The position numbers were made by a program, and so were the translations under genes. From assembly GCA_964016885.1 (NCBI GenBank), contig OZ024742.1:182466001-182530000 (forward strand): a stretch of DNA of 64,000 bases. The letters run 5' to 3'. Of this stretch, positions 25,978-38,914 are shown one piece after another (the first letter of the stretch is position 1; every line of letters begins with the position of its first letter). The notes below the pieces were generated by a model that was not told the DNA's origin, ran no database searches, and saw only the letters and a program-made list of their open reading frames with translations. The DNA is from Eledone cirrhosa (Eukaryota).

Positions 25978-26482
25978 TATGTATACGTACACACATATAT
26001 GTATACATACGTGTACAGTACTATGTATATATATACATACATGCACACACATATATATGTACATATGGATTTACTGACCATTTATTATAATTTTCTACTT
26101 TTTGGCACAAGGCCAGCAATTATCCCAGTGTATTACTGGTACTTTATTTTATCGACCCCGTAAGGATGAAAGGCGAATTTAACCATTTATTATAATGCTC
26201 GTAAATCCATACGTACATATATATATGTGTGCATGTATGTATATATATATACATACTACTGTACGTCTGTATACATATATGTATGTACGTATACATGCTT
26301 ATATTTAAGTAACAGCCGTACTAAGAGTGAGAAATGAAATTTCGTTTCATTTTTTCCATTTATATATATATGTATGTACATTAAACTATATACACATTAT
26401 ATATATATATACACACTATATACATATACACATTATATATACAATTATATATGAATATATATATATATTATATACATATACT

Positions 26483-26528
<46 letters not shown>

Positions 26529-26970
26529 ATGTCACTGGACCGAGACCTTTGGCGGTACTCAGTAATAGCGAAGACCCGCCTTACCTAAATACAAAGTAAA
26601 ACCTACTACAGTCAGTAGGCATCTGTAACAAAATACACACCCGTCCCACCACCCCCACCCCACCCACACCGCCCCTTTCAATGTAAAGTTATGTTGGTGC
26701 CACAACATCCAGGCCGAAACAAATGAGATCGTGTAGGTGACACGACAAAAAAACACAGTCCACGTAATGTGGCCGTGTAGGCAACACGGTAAAAACCTGC
26801 CAGCCCCACACTGTAAATGTGGCTGGTGTTAGGAAGGGCATCCAGCTGTAGAAAACCCGCCAGACAGTCCTATACGAGCAAGACAATCACTCTTGCCTCA
26901 AGTGGGAAAACTCCCGTCCAAACCCATGCAAGCGTGGAACACGGACGTTAAACGATGATGATGATGATGA

Positions 26971-27029
<59 letters not shown>

Positions 27030-27290
27030 AACGGAAAAAATGAAACGAAATTTCATTTCTCACTCTTAGTACGGCTGTTACTTAAATATAAGTATGCATA
27101 CGTACATACATATATGTATACAGACGTACTGTAGTATGCATACATATATATACATGCACACATATATATATATGTACGTATGGATTCACATTTATTATAA
27201 TGCTCGGTGTGTTTGTAAACAAACATCCCGAATTAAGCCGTACAGCGTCTAGCAACCATCGTTGCTCATTTGTTCAACACTGACAAAGGA

Positions 27291-27333
27291 ACGCTGTACT
27301 AGTTTCAAGCTTATTAGCTATCGTCAGCAACGT
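27291..27333 (-). ncRNA. Canonical minimal type I hammerhead, family F, duplicated copy
   Basis: Identical to 22523-22565. Confidence 0.82.
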
Positions 27334-27877
27334 ATACCTTCCTGCCAGATGGTTGAACGTCTGAAAGTATATACTTTCCTTATGCATATTAACGGCTGAG
27401 CAGCCTAATTTGCATATCGAGTGAATTAATCGGCCGGGGTACCGAAAACGATAAATGGAAAAAATGAAACGAAATTTCATTTCTCACTCTTAGTACGGCT
27501 GTTACTTAAGTATAAGTATGCATACGTACATACATATATGTATACAGACGTACAGTAGTATGCATATATATATATATACATACACGCACACATATATATA
27601 TATGTACGTATGGATTCACCGAACATTTATTATAATGCTCGGTGTGTTTGTAAACAAATATCCCGAATAAATAAACATGTTTTAACGGTCTATTCTCCGA
27701 TTTCTTACTTTTCCACGTGCTTACGCTCTGCTAACTCTCTAGTCCACTAAATATTAACACTTCGAATATTTAATACTGCCGGCACTACTATCGAGCACCT
27801 TTGGCATACGCTACTTGGCAAATAACTATATGTATCACCTATCCTCCCCTTTTTTTCTCTCTCTCGATTTGTAAATA

Positions 27878-27939
<62 letters not shown>

Positions 27940-28098
27940 CAAAGGAATTGTGGTAAGGAACCAGATGGACCATAATGCACCAGAATACTCAATACTTAGG
28001 GTAGTAGAGTGGGAATAGGAAAAAGTATGACCCCGACGGCAGAGCTCAAGCCGTTTCGATGGCTATTTATGAGCTCTGCCGTCGGGGTCATACTTTTT

Positions 28099-28131
<33 letters not shown>

Positions 28132-29711
28132 TACCCTAAGTATTGAGTACTCTGGTGCGTTATGGTCCTTACCACAATTCCTTTGTTATATATATATATG
28201 TAGTTGTTATATAGTAAGGTGTATTATTGGTTGTGTCAAACGGTCCAATAACATTTTTGTAAGCAATATTAAGTTCTCCGCGCTTTTGTATATCTCCAAT
28301 TCCATTTATGGGAACAATGTAGAACGGAGTATTTGTATCAAAATAAAGATCCGTAGGCATGGTATAAATTTCCAATCACACACTCAGGTAGTTAGACAGC
28401 GAAGATCGTTTGCGCACTTACAAACTGTACTCGGTCTGTTTCCACAGAGTTTTCACAGCTGAGTGCACATTAGAATATCTAGTTAGTAAATAGTTAGAAA
28501 GATTACACACTCAGGTAAAACTGATTACGCGCATTCGCCATTACTTTAGGATACCCTAACCACTGAGTTCTCTCGTTTAGGATATAGCTAGGCGTATTAC
28601 ACACTCAGTTAAGACTAATTGCGCTATCTATACATAACCCGGTTTCTTTAGACACTGAGTTCCCATAGTTATTACTGGTCACGTTCCTATCGATTGAACA
28701 CTACACTAGGTTTTAATCCATGATCATCTAACCATGGAGTGCTCACGGTTACAGATTGGAAAATAATACTTACACACCATTAATGGGCCTACACACATTC
28801 TCTGGGTTTTGCTATTTTTTGTTATTTTATTTTGCTTTCTGTGTTGTATAACACACTTCCACCACTCAAACACCTATCTTAAAAGCCCAAGGGCCCATAT
28901 GACGGGAAATCGCACATACTGACACCTTAACTTAAGTACCCAACCCTACACAGAGCCCCTTGGTGGCCTACATGGCGGTTGCTTGCACGCACAGGTTTGG
29001 GGATTCAGATTCTCAATGGGACAACGGCACATACTGAGGTCGATATGAGCTGACTACTTGCTTTTCAGAGGATGTGTATATACCTAAACATACACTTTTT
29101 TGGACGATACGGATGTGTAAATACCATAACATATACTATTTGGAGATACGGATGTTACATTTCAATCTATACACGTATAGCAGAACATTGAACTGAACTT
29201 ACTTGCGTGCGTATAGGGTTGCGGTTGACCCAATTTTTCCGATTTACATCGTCAAATTGAGATTTGACCAATATAACATTTGTTGTTTTGTAAACTAACT
29301 TTCCATGAATACTATGTTGGTATATTTGTATTTTTCTTTTTTCTTTAACCTCGTGTCGGTGTGTGTGAGTGTGTGTGTACTCACTCACACTACTGTGACC
29401 GTCTATAGTTCTACAGATTTGAGGCTATGTTGTATATGTATATATATTTTTTTTCTTTGACCTCGCGTCGTGTATGTGTGAGTGTGTATGTACCTACTCA
29501 CATTAACTGTGACCGACTGTAATTTTACAGATTTGATTGATGTCGAGCGTCTTTTACAGCTATTGGGAGATAGAGACTTGATAGTTTTATGACCCTAACT
29601 GAAGACGATAGCAGTCGCTGTGTTCTGACTGCTTGATCTTCATATGAGGGACTAAACTCTGTGAGTGAACACCGTTAATTTTCTCCCTCATATCAAGGAT
29701 TTGAAGACAAT

Positions 29712-29800
29712 TCATTTTTACCTGACGAGATCAGTGATAATCCATCATGGCTACACGATCGATCTATCTCTTGTTGAAACATGTGTAGTGATTAAAATGA
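29712..29800 (+). ncRNA. Family G hammerhead, duplicated copy
   Basis: Identical to 24978-25066. Confidence 0.6.
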
Positions 29801-29835
29801 TTGGAAATTTATACCATTCCTTCGGATCTTTATTT

Positions 29836-29873
<38 letters not shown>

Positions 29874-29894
29874 GCCCGTGTGTGTGTGTATATA

Positions 29895-29977
<83 letters not shown>

Positions 29978-30077
29978 ATATATATATATAAATTGTATGC
30001 ATTAAATTTAGCTCTGTACTTACATAGAGCACTCTCCACTCCTATGACTTTTTCAATTTTCAACGGTAACTTCAATA

Positions 30078-30213
<136 letters not shown>

Positions 30214-30682
30214 TATGTGTGTCTTTGTGTGTATGTATGTATTTATGTATATATACATCTTATTCTCTATCTCTCTCTCTCTTTATGTATATGTATATAT
30301 GTGTGTGTGTATGTGTTTGTGCGTGTAGTATGTATTTCTCTCGCCTCTCTTACTCGCCTCTCTTACTCCGTCCCCTTTCTTTTTTAACGTCACCATATCC
30401 CTCTTTGATTATATCTATTGAAGTTTTGTAGTTGTTAATATTGCTAACCCCCTCGCCTTTCTTATCCTAACTGCTCTTTTATTTCTCCCTTATTTCTCTA
30501 TTTCCCTGTCTTGAAATCTTCCTTTATCTAAGTTGTTGACATTTATTCTATGCTCACTTTCGCTTACATCTCTTATTGTCCTTGCTATTTTAATTTACCC
30601 CATCAATCAATCAATGTATCTCTCTTTCTCTTTTTCTCTCTATCTCTCTCTCTAACTCTCACTCACTATCTCTCACTCACTA

Positions 30683-30809
<127 letters not shown>

Positions 30810-31225
30810 GTATAGATAGATAGATAGAATGATAGATAGATATAAAGACGTGCGCTAAGCAACCGAATTATATGATGAAATTTAATCTATCTATATATGT
30901 GTGTATATATATATGTGTGTGTGTGTATATATATATATATACATATATATGAATATATGAATTTACACATTTTTAGTATATAGACATGTAAACATGCGAA
31001 ATATATGCGCTTTTTTTAAATTGGAAAATGATAAAAATCTTTAATCGATTCTCGTAGCTTTCACGGTAATAGGGATAAATGGCATGCTAACATGTGTGTG
31101 TAATATACACGAGTAAATGTATATATACACATTTAAGCAATCTTTGTTACGTCTATACTATATATACACACGGATATAAGTTTTTCATATGTATATATAC
31201 ATACACACATATATATATATGCATA

Positions 31226-31305
<80 letters not shown>

Positions 31306-31326
31306 TACATATATATATATATATAA

Positions 31327-31363
<37 letters not shown>

Positions 31364-31366
31364 TAC

Positions 31367-31457
<91 letters not shown>

Positions 31458-31460
<3 letters not shown>

Positions 31461-31661
31461 GAACGAGTAGGACACTGACGGCTGAGCTCAAGCCGTTTCG
31501 ACGGCTAATTCTGAACCCAGAATTAGCCGTCGAAACGGTTTTAGCTCAGCCGTCGGGGTCCTACTCGTTCCTATTACCCACTCTACTACCCTAAGTATTG
31601 AGTACTTTGGTGCGTTATGGTCCATCTGGTTCCTTACCACATTTCCTTCGTTATATATATA

Positions 31662-31731
<70 letters not shown>

Positions 31732-31890
31732 AAAAGAGTCAGGACCCCGACAGCTGAGCTCCGGCCGTTTCGACAGCTAGATCTGTTCGCATCTACCTGT
31801 CGTCGGGGTCCTAACTCTGTTTCTATTACCCACTCTACTACCTTAAGTATCGAGTACTCTGGTGCGTTATGGTCCACCTGGTATCTTACA
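31458..31890. repeat. Hairpin-forming GC-rich repeat family (AGGACCCCGACGGCTGAGCTC..)
   Basis: Fold-back copies at 23198-23452, 27935-28190, 31458-31652, 31728-31890 and 32321-32432, each abutting (TA)n or (TG)n. Confidence 0.85.
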
Positions 31891-32091
31891 CCTTCTATAT
31901 CTTATGTATCAATTAAACATACCAAATATACTATACATACATTCATGTATACATCCCTATTTCAGAGCACCAATCCTAATACCTAATTTTTACTAGACCG
32001 GCAATCGCTCTGTATAATCAGCTCCTGATTATTACTGGAATTCTATAAGAATCCAGCTTCTATAATTTTCAGAGGAAGCAGGGGAGTGCGT

Positions 32092-32133
32092 GGCTCTGAT
32101 GAATACCAGCCAGCATGAAACAGACTGTCAGCT
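32092..32133 (+). ncRNA. Type I hammerhead, family C, canonical core
   Basis: GGCT-CTGATGA-ATACCAGCCAGCAT-GAAA-CAGACTG-TC|AGCT, in a repeat homologous to 5217-5688. Confidence 0.72.
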
Positions 32134-32280
32134 TCCCTCCCTTCTTTCGCCGAAAAGAAGTAAGTGACATAGTCACTACTTTAAAACTGATAGCGTATGG
32201 TCTTCTAAACGTTTTTAATTAAACATACGGTATATTGCCAAATATACTATACATACATTCATACACACACACACACACAC

Positions 32281-32323
<43 letters not shown>

Positions 32324-32604
32324 AACGAGTAGGACCCCGACGGCTGAGCTCAAGCCGTTTCGACGGCTAATTCAGTCCAGAATTAGCCGTCGAAACGGCT
32401 CGAGCTCAGCCGTCGGGGTCCTACTCGTTCCTATATATATAATTATATATATATATATATATATATACAATTAATCTACAGCCAAAACGGCATATCATTA
32501 CTACTGTTTCCCCAGGTACATAATAAAAGGTCGACTCTAGTTGCTTACAGATAACGTCAACACTTTTAGATTAAGTGTTTATCCCATACATAAATCTTTT
32601 TCTT

Positions 32605-33470
32605 CTTGTGAGGGTTGTCAGGGCAATGTCCTCAAATACTCCTCCAAGCAGGGCTTGTCAGAAGCAACCGTCTACAACTGATCCTGCTGGATCCCTTAGC
32701 GTGACCAGTCAAGCTCATGGATATTATCCACCTCTCTTGTTTGGTCTACCCCTGGGTCTCCTTTCGGTTAATTTTGCCCGTAAAATCTGTCTAGCGATAC
32801 TTTCCTGAGACATTCTAACCACATGTCCATAGTATCGGAGCTGTGATATCTCAATTCAGAGAAGTGGCGGCTCTACCTGGAGTGACTCACTGATCTCCGA
32901 GCTACACACTCTTTTGAGTAATGTTACTCCAAAGGCCCTTCGGAGGAACCCCATTTCTGCCGCTGGTATTAGTAATCGTATTCTTTAAGTCGTTACCCAA
33001 GATTCATGACCAGAGTTAATGGTTGGCATGAAAACCGAATTGAAGATAGAAGGTTTGACTTTTACACCTACTTCTTCTGATTATCGTATGATGAAGCTGG
33101 TACATTACTGCACCTGCTCCTACAATTCTTGCACTTAATTCGGCCTCCTGTCTTCTTGATACTTGAACTTCTCCACCTGCTTCAGTGGAGCACCATTTAT
33201 ATGTAGAGTGTACTGTGCAGTACCTTGAGAAGACAAGTGTCTCAGTTTTTACAGTATTGATTTTCATTCCAGCCATGCAGCACTTACCATCAAACCTATC
33301 AAGTGCATGTCGGAGATCACCTTCTGTCGAGTTTAGTAACACTATGTCGTCTGCAAATTCCAGCCGACTGATTTCACACCAGCCAGTCGTGATACCTCTT
33401 CCAACTCGGCTACGCATATCAATCTTGTTCATGAAAATAATGAACAGGAGAGATGACAGTACGCGCCCAT
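32605..33470 (-). mobile_element. Degraded RTE-clade LINE RT and C-terminal fragment
   Basis: LSSLLFIIFMNKI, ISRLEFADDIVLL, GMKINTVKTE, LRIE.SQLRYYGHVVRM and GRPRGRP motifs across frameshifts. Confidence 0.8.
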
Positions 33471-33705
33471 AAATGTTACGATCAGGAAATCAATTTTTTT
33501 CAGTGTTAGTCTATTATATATATGTTTTGACGTACAATCCCCACAGCTGTTAGGCGACATGATTGCTAGTGTTAATTGTCGTACAAGCACAATGATTAAG
33601 TTGTTACAAATTATGTCACACTATCATTTTTTATATAACCTAGACTATATATGACTTGGTAGCGAATTGGGACAGTCGTTAGAACGTCGGATAAAATGCT
33701 TTGCT

Positions 33706-34172
33706 ATTCTAACCACGTATTCGTAGTAACGGAGCTGTGATTTCTCAATTCGGAGACTGAAGAATTTTTAATTCTTAAAACTTATACAATTAAGTCACAA
33801 TTTACTACCGATCTTGTTTCACGATATTACAATGTAATGGTATAACAGAATGAATATTTTTTATGGTTAAATTTATGCGTCGACTATTACATGGATGCTT
33901 CATTTGAAGAGTTGGAGTTCACACTAAGATCCGAGACACTGTTTCGTCAACAGATGGACGCACGCCCTGTTGAATATGTTTTAAATGCGGAAAGGGATAA
34001 ACATCCTGTTATACATTATACTGCAATATCGTGAAACAAGTTGAAATTGATCAGTAATAATCTATTCTTAGAAACATTATTTAAAATCTTCACGTGACTA
34101 AAAAATCTTCACGTGAATTAAAAATTCATCGGTCTCCGGATTGATAAATCATAGCTCCGATACTACGGAGTG
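33706..34172. mobile_element. MITE/foldback-like element with nested inverted repeats
   Basis: 33723-33760 inverted to 34128-34167, and 33813-33852 inverted to 34002-34041. Another end at ~60150-60330. Confidence 0.55.
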
Positions 34173-34440
34173 GATTTCGGTGTGTTTGTGAGTGTGTGTG
34201 AGGGTGTGTGTGGGGGGGGGGGGGGGGGGGTATGCGTGTGTGTGTTTGTGTGTGTGTGTGTACGTATGTTCCAGGTGAGGAGAGATCCGATGATTTTTTC
34301 GTTGGATTTCGAAAAGTAAGTTGGGAATGCTTGTCTTTCGTATGAAGAGAAAGAGGCTTTTTGTTGTGGTCTTCATTAAATATGGATATATAGTTTTATT
34401 ATTGTTATGATTTTATGTTTATATATATATATATATATAT

Positions 34441-34502
<62 letters not shown>

Positions 34503-35704
34503 GGAGAGAGAGAGACAGACAGGCAGTCAGAGATAGATTGATTGATAGATAAATAAACCATCTCTTTCGCGAAATATCCCTCTATCTTCTTTTCTCAGTG
34601 CTCCATTATACCTTGGTTCAGAGAATGGACTGTTCTTTATTGTTCCATATATCTATTCCCTTTCCCTCTTCATTTCCTTCAGTCGCCATGATGATATTTG
34701 AAGTAATATTTACTCTATTTCCTTTCTACCTCCACTCATTTGCTACATTATGGTTTTTCCGATAAATTCTTAATAAACAGGGACGGCGTCAATCTCTGTA
34801 CGACTACATTTCTCTATTGTTCCGTGATCAATACTTTCTATCGAAACAACCACCATTTTTAACCTCACGTACCAGCATTGATCGCTGTTCTATGGCTGTC
34901 AGTTAGAAATGTGCTTAGTTTAGTGGTTATGGTGTTCGTCCCATGGTCGTAAAATCATGAGTTCAAGTAACGACAAAACTTCATTTCACATTGCTCCAAT
35001 TCATTATGATGTGAAAAATCAGTGCATCCTTTATTTCGAATTGTTGACTTTGTCAGACACTGTGTCAGGTTGAACAACCCTGGAAATTACATTAAAGATA
35101 CATGTGTCTGTGGAATGTACGCTAATTTCAAGAGCAGAATGTTCCATAGATGGGACAACTGGAGTGCTCTTCGTCGTCGGTCCAACACACATGGCGATCA
35201 GTTAGTAAAGTGCATATCTTATTGTTATATCTATGTCGCAGAACTGAATGGCATCAAATGGTAAATAAATATTGACCCTCTTTCACGTTATTTTATATCT
35301 GTGATGTATTAGATCACACCACAAATGTATAGGAATCAGTTGAAAAAAATCCCAGACATCATTCGCTTACCGAGGGGGGTAGAACACATTCAATCGGAAC
35401 AAATAAACAATGTTTCCATTGGTATTTCCATTGCTCATGCTACCTACCGGCCGCAACTTCTGGCAGGAAGAGCAACGTGAAATAAGGTGTGTTGCTCAAG
35501 GACATAACGCATCACCTGGTCCGGAAATCGAACTCACAACCATACGGTTATGAATCCAGTTCTCTAACCACGAAATCACGTACCTTCTCAAATATATATC
35601 TACACTCATATAAGAGACTTACACGGCCATAATGGTAGCTTTACATTGAAAACTGCAGCTAAAACTCAATTGCTCTCACGTTTAATTTTGGAAGCATTTA
35701 TATA

Positions 35705-35773
<69 letters not shown>

Positions 35774-35780
35774 GTCCTTA

Positions 35781-36839
35781 CGTAAAGCGATTTCTATATT
35801 GCCATACTTGACATCTAATTCTATGTGTATCTATGTCTATCTTTGTCATTCGCTATGTGGTAATTACTCTCAATTCTTCATTCTATATATTTCACATCTG
35901 TTATCAATTCAAGAGATGTTATTTATCTTAGTTACTTATATTTCTTATTATACACGCGTTTATTCAACTTATTTACATGAACTAAATCTTATGTAACTAA
36001 CATGCTACCTCCTTACTTTCGGTGATTGATTATTTAAGATCTGCTAGATATATCGTTGTTGGTTTAGTTAGTTATTATTCTGACAGTTTCTCACGTATTT
36101 CAAGTATTTCGAAGTTTTTAAGAGCTTATTCTATTCTATTCAATTTATTTCGTAAAATGACTTTAATTCCACATCACCTCTTCTAATTTCATTTCTTAAT
36201 GCTCTGTTAGTTGTTCCTCTTCTAAATTTGTCACTATTGGTTAATATTTCTAGACTCCAAACACTCTTTCTATTAGAGTTCTTCCTTTTGTCTCCGATAC
36301 TCAGTATTTTCTATAGAATGCTTGGCGTTTATTTCTTCTGCCCCGTCTCTTTTATGGACCGAGATTAAGTTGTGGGTGTTCCTATATTTCTGAAACGGGT
36401 CGTATTATCTCACAGAGTTTGAGAAGCAGACATTTGGATGATGCTTTAAAATTCTTGATTTCATGCTATTTTCAGTTTAGTCAAAACTTCTCTGTTATTT
36501 CATGCTACTTGCAATATTTTCATGAATTTTTGCTATTTTCACCTCTAACTAGATAAATAGATGGATATGAACAGTTAATAACATTCGTCTGTAATTTTGT
36601 CTGATTTATTCAATTTCACCTCTGTGAATATATTGGGCTATCTGAAATACATTCTTTGATAGACGTTCTCGTAAATACATTATCCAGTAGTATTTTCTCA
36701 TATATTGATTCTTGAAGAAAAACGTTACACCGTTTTTCTTCAAATCTCTCCAAATATGCCATTTCTATTTTCATCGTCAACGCAGTCAATTTCCACCAAT
36801 TTCTGGTTATTCGTTATCCAAAAACCCATGCATATTTAA
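35781..36839 (-). pseudogene. Possible degraded Penelope-like ORF N-terminal region
   Basis: Purine-rich minus strand with (K)GGSMLV...NKLNKRVYNKKY resembling the DKG..VV...Y..K motif upstream of the PLE RT. Many stops. Confidence 0.3.
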
Positions 36840-37359
36840 ACATCGTCCTTAGATTCAATATACACAAATGTAGGCTCTGATAAACCAATATTCCAATAAT
36901 CCATTACTCCACAACACATGATATTTCACAACAATAATAATTGTTGTTGATAGTCCCTGAGTTTCTGCTACGTTACTTAATGTGTCAGTTGGATTAATAT
37001 AATATACCATTATACCACAACAATAATAAATGCTGCTGATAGTCTGTGTTTTTGCCATATATCAGTTAACATAATATTCCATAATTCCACAACACTTGCT
37101 ATTCCACAATAACTCTAATTGCTCGTTATGGTCTCTGTGTCTGTCTCACATTACTTATATGCCAGTTTCAATAATCTAATAATCCAATAAACCATTAATC
37201 TTATAATCTACAACACTTGCTATTCCACAATACATTCTTCGTCACATTGCTCATGGGCCAGTTACATTAATCTAATATTTCAATAATTATTTCACATCAC
37301 ATGCTATTCCGCTACAATTGTCTGTGTCACATTACTTATGTGACAGTTTCATTATTTCA

Positions 37360-37980
37360 GGATTGGCAGTATCGGTAGAGTCGGACGCCATGCTTTGCAG
37401 CATAGAGTTACGGTCCTTTACGATCAGGGTTCAAATTCCGCCGAGATTAACTTTGCCTTTCGTCCTTACGGGGTCGATAAAATAAAGCACCAGTAACGTA
37501 CTGGGGTAGATTTAATCGACCCCCCCCCCCCAATTACTGGCCTTGTGCCTATACTAGAAATCATTATTTCATAGTGATAGTGGTGTCGGAGAACACACTT
37601 TGCGATATAGAGTTACGGCCCTTTATGTTCTGAGTTCAAGTGTCACTTAGTTTATCTTTGTTTTTCATACTTACAGGGTCGATAAAATAAAGTACCAGTA
37701 ACGCACTGGGGTCGTTTTAATCAACTTTCCCCTTCCCACAAATTGTTGGCCTTGTGCCTAAATCAGAAACCATTGGCAGAGTGGCGTTGGACAACATGCT
37801 TTCCGATATAGAGTTACGGCCCTTTACATTCTGAGTTCAAATCTCGCCGAAGTAATCTTTACCATTTATCCTTACAGTGTCGATAAAATAGATCACCAGT
37901 AACGCACTGGGGGTGGATTTAATCGACTTCCTCCACCCCTTCAAATCTCTGGTCTTGTACCAAATGTGGAAACAATTATT
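37360..37980 (+). mobile_element. Three tandem copies of the Nin-like SINE
   Basis: Head, core and tail repeated three times at ~200 bp spacing. Confidence 0.82.
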
Positions 37981-38270
37981 CCAATAATCCAATAATCAAA
38001 TATTCCATAGTAATTGTTATTCCACAGCAGTATTTTATGTCACTTTGTGTCAGTTCCATTACTCCAATATTCCACTAATCCAATAATCCATTACTCCACA
38101 ATACACGTTATTCCACTACAACTGTAATTGTTCTTATTGTTCAACTAATTCCTTTAGTTTTAATAAAGAAAAAAAAAAATTATAATCCACTGCCCCTCCC
38201 CCCACACATATTTTAATGATTTTTCTTTTCGCAGTTTTTAATTATTTTTCACACGTATACCACCGTAGTA

Positions 38271-38342
38271 GTTGTTATTATTACGCCTGTTGTTGTTGTT
38301 CTTGCTGTTGTTGTTGATGCTGTTGTTGTTGTCTTTGTTTAA

Positions 38343-38379
<37 letters not shown>

Positions 38380-38410
38380 CTGTTTTTGTTTATGCTGTCG
38401 TTGTTGTTGT

Positions 38411-38444
<34 letters not shown>

Positions 38445-38575
38445 GTTTAGGCTGTTGTTGTTATTGTTGCTGTTGATGCTGTTGATGCTGTTGCTGCTGC
38501 TGTTGTTGTTGTTGCTGTTTTTGTTTATGCTGTTGCTGTTGTTGTTGTTGCAGTTTTTGCTGTTGTTGTTGTTTC
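38271..38575 (+). repeat. Imperfect (TTG/CTG)n microsatellite
   Basis: Direct inspection. Confidence 0.9.
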
Positions 38576-38914
38576 TTCGGTGATGTCGTTACGTTTGCTG
38601 TTACTGTTATTGTTGTTGTCATAACTCTTGTGTTGTGGAGGTAGGAGAAATGGATTTAATTATTTCCATATATGTCTATTGTATTTGTTTATTTATTTGT
38701 TGTATTTTTTACTGTGAATATTTATATCTTATACATAATTTCTGTCTACATGTATTTCACAGCCTGCTTTCTTTGTTCATTATGTTTTAATGTGTTTTTT
38801 ACACCCGTTGTAGCAGCTAATAAAGATATACCCCACCAACCTACCCAATACATCACATCCACCCACTCATTTACCAATACCACACCAACCCCATCACCAC
38901 GTACTTCACTATCA

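Noticed and set aside
35769-36851. 12 bp direct repeat ACATCGTCCTTA as a target-site duplication
   Set aside because: Such a match can arise by chance in AT-rich DNA and no clear element termini lie inside it.
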